Below, one piece after another: positions 19,283-25,340 of a DNA stretch of 35,033 nt. The notes below the pieces were generated by a model. It was given only the letters and a program-made list of their open reading frames with translations. It made no database searches and was not told where the DNA came from. This stretch comes from a virus (Duplodnaviria > Caudoviricetes), in the IMG/VR virus record IMGVR_UViG_3300049049_000261, positions 1 through 35,033 of that record; one strand, written 5' to 3'. Both the position numbers and the translations under genes were made by a program. Every line of letters begins with the position of its first letter. Within the stretch, counting starts at the first letter, position 1.

Positions 19283-19573
19283 TCAGTCCTCGATCAGCTC
19301 GATGCCGGGGAAGTCGAGGTTGCCGGTCACCACGGCGAGACCCCGTTCCGTGATCGACAGCAGCTCGACACCGGCGATTACGCGGCGCTCGATCAGCTCG
19401 TAGCGGTGCAGCCACGACACGTCGATATCGATGGTGTCGGGGTCGACCTTGTAGCCCCAGCCGTTCAGCGTTGTCCGCAGAAGCGGCACGCTCATACCGT
19501 TCTTGTTGGCGTCGCGCAGCAGCGCCAGCAGGCGGCCGCGGCGGTAGGGGGTCTGTTTCGCGATCAGGCTCAT
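19283..19573 (-). CDS. Mu gp26-like winged-helix protein, 96 aa
   Basis: 'RRGRLLALL...VSWL....LI......ITERGLAVVTG....PGI' pattern; conserved position before terS. Confidence 0.8.
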   Translation of the reverse strand: MSLIAKQTPYRRGRLLALLRDANKNGMSVPLLRTTLNGWGYKVDPDTIDIDVSWLHRYELIERRVIAGVELLSITERGLAVVTGNLDFPGIELIED

Positions 19574-19992
19574 GGGGCGCTCCTGTGGTGGGCGGTCTGC
19601 AGAATGCGGAGCTGCTCGCGCAGCATTCGGGCCACTTCGGTCAGCTCGCCGCGCATCTCGGCCTGGCTCTCGGCCAGCCGGTTGGTCTTGGAGTAGAGGT
19701 GCTCCAGGTCGCTGCGCTGCAGGGCGTGCTTGCCTTGCGCCTGCTGCCGCTCTTCCATGCGGCCGAGCAGCTCGCGTACGTCGCTGACTTCGGATTGCAC
19801 GTCTTCGAGTTGGGTACCCATGTCGCGCAGCTCCTGGTCCAAGTGCTGACGCACCGCGGCGTCGCCAGCCTCCATCTTTCTCGCGAGCTCGGTGGGGCGC
19901 TGCTGGCTCCACAGCACCACCACGACGACGGTGCAGATCAGCGAGCACAGCACGCACACCGCCACGGCACCCAGCACCAGGCCCTCAGACAC
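19570..19992 (-). CDS. Mu gp25-like (DUF2730-like) membrane-anchored coiled-coil protein, ~140 aa
   Basis: N-terminal TM helix followed by a coiled coil; synteny before the gp26-like gene. Confidence 0.65.
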   Translation of the reverse strand: MSEGLVLGAVAVCVLCSLICTVVVVVLWSQQRPTELARKMEAGDAAVRQHLDQELRDMGTQLEDVQSEVSDVRELLGRMEERQQAQGKHALQRSDLEHLYSKTNRLAESQAEMRGELTEVARMLREQLRILQTAHHRSAP

Positions 19993-20212
19993 GTCGGCCT
20001 CCGATGCGGGCCTGCAGGTCCGCCACCCGAGCACACTCGGCGCAGGTGTCCGTGCCGCCCAGGACCCGAATGCGGTCGAGCTCGATCGGCGCCGCGCATT
20101 CCACGCACAGACCATCGGCCGGCGTCTCAGCGCGTGTGCGCATCGCGTGGTTGCGCAGCGCGATGTCGCGGTTCAACTGCTCGTGCAGCTGCCCGCGCTC
20201 GATGTCATCCAT
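19985..20212 (-). CDS. TraR/DksA C4-type zinc-finger protein, 75 aa
   Basis: N-terminal 'DDIERG' (DxxDxA-like) and CVEC...I...R.......CAEC. Confidence 0.88.
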   Translation of the reverse strand: MDDIERGQLHEQLNRDIALRNHAMRTRAETPADGLCVECAAPIELDRIRVLGGTDTCAECARVADLQARIGGRRV

Positions 20213-20224
20213 GCCTGTCCCCTG

Positions 20225-20488
20225 CTACTGCTGCCACCAGGCGTCAATGCCCGTCGCGCTCACTACCCGCGCCCAACCCGCCAGCTCGCGCTGACGGCGC
20301 GCGCAGTCGTCCAGGATCTCCATTGACTCGACGTGGTTCGTCACCAGCGCCCGCATGCTGCTGTCCGTGGCCGGCGGCGGGCGCAGGCAGGGCGCCAGTA
20401 GCTCGGGGCTCGGCGCTGGTGGACGCAGGGCCTGCGTTCGCCGCATTCCACAGCCCGAGGCCCAGAGGATCGATAGCGCAATCGTCAT
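20225..20488 (-). CDS. Rz1-like outer-membrane spanin lipoprotein (start uncertain)
   Basis: Lipobox ASG-C; Pro-rich 'PPAPSPELLAPCLRPPP' and 'DCARRQ..L..W'; overlaps Rz in another frame. Confidence 0.75.
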   Translation of the reverse strand: MTIALSILWASGCGMRRTQALRPPAPSPELLAPCLRPPPATDSSMRALVTNHVESMEILDDCARRQRELAGWARVVSATGIDAWWQQ

Positions 20489-20744
20489 CGCCAGGCAGTG
20501 CGAGCCACGCCGCCAGCCGTTGGCGCTGCTCCACTCGGAATGCCTCGGCCGCACGCCGCTCCTGCCGGGCGCGCTCAGTGACCTGGCGCAGTTCGTCGAG
20601 CTGCTGCAGCTGTGCATCGAAAAGCTCCTGAAGGTCCTGCAGGTCCACCCGGTTCTCGTGCCAGCCGCGCACCTGCCACCCGGCCGTGAAAAGAAGCGCG
20701 GCCGCCAGGGCCGCGAGCGCCACCCATGCCGCGATCGTCTTCAT
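20244..20744 (-). CDS. Rz-like inner-membrane spanin, 166 aa
   Basis: N-terminal TM 'LLFTAGWQVRGW', coiled coil, 'C.IDP.GL.LWNAAN'; ATGA coupling with the endolysin. Confidence 0.8.
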   Translation of the reverse strand: MKTIAAWVALAALAAALLFTAGWQVRGWHENRVDLQDLQELFDAQLQQLDELRQVTERARQERRAAEAFRVEQRQRLAAWLALPGDDDCAIDPLGLGLWNAANAGPASTSAEPRATGALPAPAAGHGQQHAGAGDEPRRVNGDPGRLRAPSARAGGLGAGSERDGH

Positions 20745-21379
20745 GCGCACACCGGCCGGCCGGGCCAGCCGGCAGCGAGGTACAGGGGTTCCAGCGTCAG
20801 CAGGATGCGGCGCACGTAACCGCGGTTCTCGGTGATCGCCCAGCGTGCGCGGGTGCTGTGGTGCTCGACATGGTCGAACCAGATCAGCGGGTCGCGCCCG
20901 TGGCGCTCGGCCAACGACTTGTCGCGCGACACCCACCCCAGCCCGCCGTTGTAGGCCGACAGCGCGAACGCCCAGCGCTGGCAGTCATCCGCACCTGCCA
21001 CCCGACGCAGCAACCAGCGGTCGTAGCAGACCGCCGCGCGCATCGACCAATTGGGGTCCCACACGTCGGGCGGCCCGAGCGTTGGGCACACCGAGGGAAT
21101 CCACTCGGCGGTCGACGGCGTGAACTGGGTCAGACCCTGCGCATACGGGCTGGCCGCAGCAGGGTTCCACAGCGATTCCTGGTGAACCTGAGCGGCGATA
21201 CGCGCGGTGTTGTCCAGGTTGCCGAACTGCGCGGCCACCTCGCGCTCCAGCTTGATCCGGTACAGCACCGACCGCGCGGGGATGCTGGGCCGAACGCCTT
21301 CGGGCGCAGTGACCGGCGGGGTCGCCGCAGCAACCGCGACGATCAAGGCCATCAGCATGAAGGCGAGCAGGCGCTTCAC
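20741..21379 (-). CDS. Endolysin, SLT-family lytic transglycosylase with N-terminal signal/SAR segment, ~212 aa
   Basis: QES, AQGLTQF and ALSAYNGGLG SLT motifs; 'ENRGYVRRI'; GTGA coupling with the holin. Confidence 0.92.
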   Translation of the reverse strand: MKRLLAFMLMALIVAVAAATPPVTAPEGVRPSIPARSVLYRIKLEREVAAQFGNLDNTARIAAQVHQESLWNPAAASPYAQGLTQFTPSTAEWIPSVCPTLGPPDVWDPNWSMRAAVCYDRWLLRRVAGADDCQRWAFALSAYNGGLGWVSRDKSLAERHGRDPLIWFDHVEHHSTRARWAITENRGYVRRILLTLEPLYLAAGWPGRPVCA

Positions 21380-21738
21380 TGGATCAAGCCCGCGGCCAGG
21401 ATGGCGGCCGACACGATGAAAGCGCGCCGCTTCTCGGCGGCCATGCGCTCGATGTCGCGCAGGTGCGACGGCCGCGAACGGGGATGCAGCAGCCGGTCGA
21501 TCCAGTAACCGAGATAGGCCAGCGCCGCGACCTTGCAGATCAGCCAGGCGAAGATGCCCAGCTTCGCCGCGTTGTAGACCTCGGGCGCGGTGGCCGCGGT
21601 GATCGAGTTCGGCGTGGTGATCAGCCATAGGCTGGCGATGCACACCACCAGCAGCGGCCACAGGCGGAACAGACCGGCCAGCCAGGCGAGCACACTGGCG
21701 AACAGGGCGAGCTTCGGGGTGGGGCGCTGAGTGTTCAT
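21376..21738 (-). CDS. Putative holin (2/3-TM family), 120 aa
   Basis: Three hydrophobic segments; 'LGYWIDRLLHP..RP' and 'RRAFIVSAAILA' family motifs; precedes the endolysin. Confidence 0.88.
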   Translation of the reverse strand: MNTQRPTPKLALFASVLAWLAGLFRLWPLLVVCIASLWLITTPNSITAATAPEVYNAAKLGIFAWLICKVAALAYLGYWIDRLLHPRSRPSHLRDIERMAAEKRRAFIVSAAILAAGLIQ

Positions 21739-21745
21739 GCCGGCG

Positions 21746-21792
21746 ATGCTGCCGGCGGCCCCGGTGCGGGACTTTTAGCGCGTGCTACAGCG
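21746..21792 (-). promoter_or_regulatory. Putative activator-dependent late promoter (lysis/packaging operon): palindromic box plus -10 CAGCAT
   Basis: - strand CGCTGTAGCACGCGCTAAAAGTCCC, with CAGCAT 20 nt after AAAAG and the holin ATG 7 nt further; 23/25 identical to 14243-14267. Confidence 0.7.
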
Positions 21793-21809
21793 GCCCTCGC
21801 GGGCCGCTG
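21788..21809 (-). terminator. 9-bp GC-rich hairpin after the accessory genes (possible terminator/processing stem)
   Basis: CAGCGGCCC-GCGA-GGGCCGCTG perfect stem with a GNRA loop on the - strand; lacks a U-tract. Confidence 0.4.
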
Positions 21810-21832
21810 CAGGTCTCACTTTAGCCCAGTTG

Positions 21833-22228
21833 TTAGCTGCCGCGCGACTTCAGCGGCAAGCCTAGCCTTTCTGCAAGGCTGGCGAGCGCTGCCTCGTCGG
21901 CCTTGGCGTCTGCAAGCCTTTTCGCTTCCGCTCGCTTGCTCTCTTCGTATGCCTTCGCCCTTGCAGCATTGGTAGCGCGCACATCCTCTTGGAGCTGGCG
22001 ATACTCGTGCTCGATCAGCTCAGCACGGCCAGTCGCAATAAGAGTTCGGCCCTTCACACTTACGGTGACCTGCCCCACGCCTTGGGGAAGGCGGAGCCTA
22101 TGGAACTCTTCGATCCAGGCCTTTCCCACGGGGTCTGAAAGCACGAAGCGAACTTCCAGCTCACCGTTTGCGCCCCGCGCTGTCTCGCTTTCAATGCCTG
22201 TGATCTCGATCTCTAAGTCTCGGTCCAT
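21833..22228 (-). CDS. Accessory hypothetical protein, 131 aa (alpha/beta domain plus C-terminal coiled coil)
   Basis: GGAGAGGGG RBS; visibly more AT-rich codons than the flanking late genes. Confidence 0.75.
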   Translation of the reverse strand: MDRDLEIEITGIESETARGANGELEVRFVLSDPVGKAWIEEFHRLRLPQGVGQVTVSVKGRTLIATGRAELIEHEYRQLQEDVRATNAARAKAYEESKRAEAKRLADAKADEAALASLAERLGLPLKSRGS

Positions 22229-22273
22229 TCGCCCCTCTCCAAAAGTTGGGAAGCCATTCCTGACCGCACCGGG

Positions 22274-22744
22274 TCACGGGTCAAACCGGCGCCCCCAGTA
22301 AGAGGCGAAGGCCAAGCCGGCGGCCAAGATGGTCAGGCCGGTCAGGTACAAGGTGGTGATCTGCTGGTCGGCAGTCAGGCGATGGCCCATGTAGACGGCC
22401 AGGCCCACGGCCATCACGCACAGCCCAAAGACCATAGCGAACACGGCGCAGACGAAGTTGACGTTCTCGCGTTGCTTCCTGAGCTGCCTCGCCATCTGCA
22501 CGCTGTAGCCGCAGGTCAGGCAGAACAGCGCGAAGCGGCTGACCCAAGGGCGGCCGCAGTGCGGGCACTCCTCCAGGTGTGGGCTGTCGGGGCGTGGCGG
22601 CGGCGACTGGTCTCCGCCGAAGAAGACTTGCGCCAGGAAGGACCGCTGATCGCGGTGGTCGTTTACATCGCGCCCTGCGGCGACGCTGTTGTTCTGTGCG
22701 TCGACGCTGGCGTGGTTGCTGCTGCGCTCATGCTCTTCGTACAT
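22274..22744 (-). CDS. Membrane protein, 156 aa: N-terminal polar motif, Zn ribbon (CPHC...CLTC), two C-terminal TM helices
   Basis: AGGGGG RBS; CxxC-x10-CxxC; hydrophobic runs FVCAVFAMVFGLCVMAVGLAVYM and ITTLYLTGLTILAAGLAFASYW. Confidence 0.8.
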   Translation of the reverse strand: MYEEHERSSNHASVDAQNNSVAAGRDVNDHRDQRSFLAQVFFGGDQSPPPRPDSPHLEECPHCGRPWVSRFALFCLTCGYSVQMARQLRKQRENVNFVCAVFAMVFGLCVMAVGLAVYMGHRLTADQQITTLYLTGLTILAAGLAFASYWGRRFDP

Positions 22745-22833
22745 CGAAACCCCCTGTGGTCATGATTGAGCGGAATGCTCAGGGGCGATGCTCAGCAGTG
22801 GCTGTCTCAGAAGCTGAGACACCGTTCGAAGCT

Positions 22834-23568
22834 CTACGGTGCAAGACCGTCCTCCCGTACCACGTACTCGATGCTCTGGTTGTCCAGCGCGAGCACCTCA
22901 ATGAGCACCTGTCGGAATCGCAGCTCAGGGGAAGAGCGGTCATAGGTCAGCGCCTGAGTGAACGCCGGCCGCGCCAAGTCATCTGGCGTGTACTCGCGGT
23001 AGAGCAAGTTGATGGTGTCCTTTGTGGCACCGCTGTAGACGATCTCGAAGTTCGTCCACCCCTTGGCGCGATCGGTGCGAACGAACTCCCTGGCGGTGAA
23101 CTTCATGGCGGATGGCTCAGGCATGTACGTGAAGCCCATCCGCTGACCGATCTGGTTAACCGCTGACCCCTCGAAGGTTCCGTCCTCATTGATCAGAAAC
23201 CAGAGGGCCGCAGCCTTCGGATCGGACAGCTGAACCAATCGGAAGGTCTGTCCGTCCTTCTCGGTGGTTCCCGTGACTCGTGCACGGTGTCCTGCTTCAA
23301 GTTCGATCGTGAAGAGGGGCGGTATGCGTAGGCTTCCCGCGCGGTCAGACGCGAGCTCAGTGCTTACCGTTGTGGTTTCCCAGAAGTCCTTGACGCGGAC
23401 GATCGCTTCGCCCACGTACACCCGCGCCGGGGTTCCAAGGCTGTAGTTGCGTTCGATCCTTTGCTGCGAGCTTGAGCTCGGCGCGGGCGTGGCTTCACGA
23501 GCGACGCGGTCGATGGGTGCGCAACCCACCACTAACAGCACAAGAATCGTTGGTAGGCGACTGAACAT
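22834..23568 (-). CDS. Lipoprotein, ~244 aa (accessory; possible superinfection-exclusion/envelope function)
   Basis: GGAGGAG RBS; signal 'MFSRLPTILVLLVVG-C' lipobox; C-terminal 'FEIVYSG...YREY..DLARPAF.Q.LTYD' beta domain. Confidence 0.8.
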   Translation of the reverse strand: MFSRLPTILVLLVVGCAPIDRVAREATPAPSSSSQQRIERNYSLGTPARVYVGEAIVRVKDFWETTTVSTELASDRAGSLRIPPLFTIELEAGHRARVTGTTEKDGQTFRLVQLSDPKAAALWFLINEDGTFEGSAVNQIGQRMGFTYMPEPSAMKFTAREFVRTDRAKGWTNFEIVYSGATKDTINLLYREYTPDDLARPAFTQALTYDRSSPELRFRQVLIEVLALDNQSIEYVVREDGLAP

Positions 23569-23722
23569 AGCTCCTCCGAAGGGGAGCCGCCGGCACAGCT
23601 TGAGCCCACTACTGCTCCGCGGTGGGTTCGCGATCACTGGCTTCCGGCGGCTGGGCTGAAGTATCCGGGTCTACGCTCCGCAGTGCGTCGGTAGATTGCA
23701 CCACGCTGGGGTAGGAGTTTTC

Positions 23723-24346
23723 TTACCTGCGCCGACGCGGGCTGCCGATGTTGATGTCGCGCGCACTGGCGAGCGAGTTGTCCGAAGCGGTGACGTGTAC
23801 CGAGCTGCGCGGTGGCTCGCCGGCGGCAGCGCTCGGCGCATCGGAAAGCGCCCACTTGCGCAGCGCCTCGGGTGTGGGCTTGTCCCCCGTCGTTTGCTCG
23901 AAGTTCTCTGCCCAGTGCGCGAGGAAGCGCTCGACCTCGTCTGCCGTGCCCGCGCCGGTCTCGATGGCGATTGTTCCGCGATCGACGCAAGCGTTGTAGA
24001 CAGCCACGCGGTGGCGAGCCCGCACCACGAACGGCGCAGTCAGTCCAGGGATGCGAGCCATCAGGGCGGTCGCCCAGTGCCGCTCGACACTCTCCAGTAG
24101 GTCTGCATTTAGGCGCGTCGGGTCAAAACCTTTTGGTACGCCCTCCGGTGCGCCGTACCACTGCGGCCAAAGGCGGTAGGGAGGAATATCAGTGACTTCC
24201 GAGATGCGCTGCTCGATGCGCTCAGACCGGCTCTGCCCGGCGATGACGCGCGAGACAGAGACCTGGGACACGCCGATCTCTCGCCCCACAGCACTTGCTG
24301 AGCTCCCGACCTTCTTGAGCGCTGCCGCGATGTCAGCGGGATGCAT
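23723..24346 (-). CDS. Putative prophage repressor, N-terminal Ner/Nlp-type HTH, 207 aa
   Basis: 'MHPADIAAALKK.G...V..VI.G..RS.RIE..I.......LWPQWY' Ner-family pattern; occupies the repressor position divergent from the early operon. Confidence 0.75.
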   Translation of the reverse strand: MHPADIAAALKKVGSSASAVGREIGVSQVSVSRVIAGQSRSERIEQRISEVTDIPPYRLWPQWYGAPEGVPKGFDPTRLNADLLESVERHWATALMARIPGLTAPFVVRARHRVAVYNACVDRGTIAIETGAGTADEVERFLAHWAENFEQTTGDKPTPEALRKWALSDAPSAAAGEPPRSSVHVTASDNSLASARDINIGSPRRRR

Positions 24347-24355
24347 GAGGACCCC

Positions 24356-24404
24356 TTGACGGCGGTATGGAATACCTATACCGTTCCCCTACACCGTATA
24401 GGTA
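24356..24404 (+). promoter_or_regulatory. Putative early promoter (-35 TTGACG, 17 bp, -10 TACCGT) overlapped by an inverted-repeat operator
   Basis: TTGACG 24356-24361, TACCGT 24379-24384; IR TACCTATAC (24373-24381) / GTATAGGTA (24396-24404) within the 76-bp divergent gap. Confidence 0.6.
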
Positions 24405-24422
24405 AAACCGGAACAGTCTTCC

Positions 24423-24728
24423 ATGACGCCCCTTGAGCTTCGATTCCTCCTCAGCGCGAACGGGGTCACGCAGTCGGATGTGGCGCGGGCGTGCGGCGTA
24501 ACTCAACCCAGCGTGTATCGCGTGATCGAAGGAGCGAGTCGCTCGAAGTCGATCGAAGAGTGCATCGCGGTGATGACGGGCCAACCCCTGCATGTCCTTT
24601 GGCCGCAGTGGTTTGCTGCGGACGGCTCCCGAATCAAGAAGCGCAAGCGCCTCGCGAAGTCGATTGAAGCGCTGGCACGCCTTCGCGAGCTGCAGCGAGA
24701 CACCGCGGCCAAGTCGGAGGCTGCGTAA
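24423..24728 (+). CDS. ner: Ner-like HTH transcriptional regulator, 101 aa
   Basis: 'GVTQSDVARACGVTQPSVYRVIEGASRSKSIEECIA..TG.PL..LWPQWF'; first early gene. Confidence 0.8.
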   Translation: MTPLELRFLLSANGVTQSDVARACGVTQPSVYRVIEGASRSKSIEECIAVMTGQPLHVLWPQWFAADGSRIKKRKRLAKSIEALARLRELQRDTAAKSEAA

Positions 24729-24731
24729 GCC

Positions 24732-25340
24732 ATGCACCCTGAAAACATCAAGTGTTCGCTCAAGAAGAGCGGGGCTACTCAGGCCGATATCGCGAGGGCG
24801 CTCCACATCAAGCAGCCGAGCGTCGCAGCTGTGATTGAGGGGCGCGCACGATCCCGGCGCGTTGAGGACCTCATCAGCCAAGTAACCGGCGTCGCGCTGG
24901 CCCGGCTCTGGCCTCGCTGGTACTCGACCGAGGCTCATCCCTCTTCACCAGTGATCGAACCGTCCAACACACCCACAAGGTGCGCTGACACCGCGCCGCA
25001 TCCAAAGCACACCAAGCCCAAGCAGGGCATCCACGTATCGGAGGCGCCGGGCGCGACCGAGGCGCGAGTGGGCAGCGCGACGAACCAAGGTGTGATCCAG
25101 AAGCGATCCGACTCGCACGAGGCGCAGGACCAATCCGGATCCAAGCGCTCAAGCAAGCGCAGGCGCGCTTCTTCTGGGGTCAGTTCGGTTCGCACGGGGG
25201 AAGTTCTCCTGGATCGGGCGACTGCGGAGCGCGCCCGAGTCTCTGACCGCAAGTTTCACCCTGTGCAAGCAAATTGCGCAACGGCAAAGCCGGGCGAGGA
25301 TTGGACATGCCCTGTCTGCGGGGCTGCTTCCAATGCGTAA
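24732..25340 (+). CDS. Second Ner-like HTH protein with a long low-complexity C-terminal extension, 202 aa
   Basis: 'MHPENIKCSLKKSGATQADIARAL....SV..VIEGRARSRRVEDLIS..TG......LWPRWY'. Confidence 0.75.
   Translation: MHPENIKCSLKKSGATQADIARALHIKQPSVAAVIEGRARSRRVEDLISQVTGVALARLWPRWYSTEAHPSSPVIEPSNTPTRCADTAPHPKHTKPKQGIHVSEAPGATEARVGSATNQGVIQKRSDSHEAQDQSGSKRSSKRRRASSGVSSVRTGEVLLDRATAERARVSDRKFHPVQANCATAKPGEDWTCPVCGAASNA

Noticed and set aside
15121-19353. Long + strand ORFs (654 aa, 740 aa) opposite the portal and terminase
   Set aside because: Antisense shadows of well-supported - strand genes; Arg/Ala/Gly-rich with no domain signatures.
17062-21661. Extended N-termini in the ORF track for terL (19128), terS (19415), gp26-like (19957), Rz (20936) and endolysin (21661)
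   Set aside because: They overlap upstream genes extensively; downstream starts with RBS or stop-start coupling match the family N-termini better.
22750-22784. CCCCTG/CAGGGG pairing that might occlude the SD of the membrane-protein gene
   Set aside because: Only 6 bp with a long loop in GC-rich DNA; likely to occur by chance.
24930-25340. C-terminal extension of the second Ner-like ORF as a separate functional domain (ends WTCPVCG)
   Set aside because: Mostly low-complexity Ser/Arg/Pro sequence with a single CxxC; cannot distinguish a real domain from read-through of non-coding DNA.
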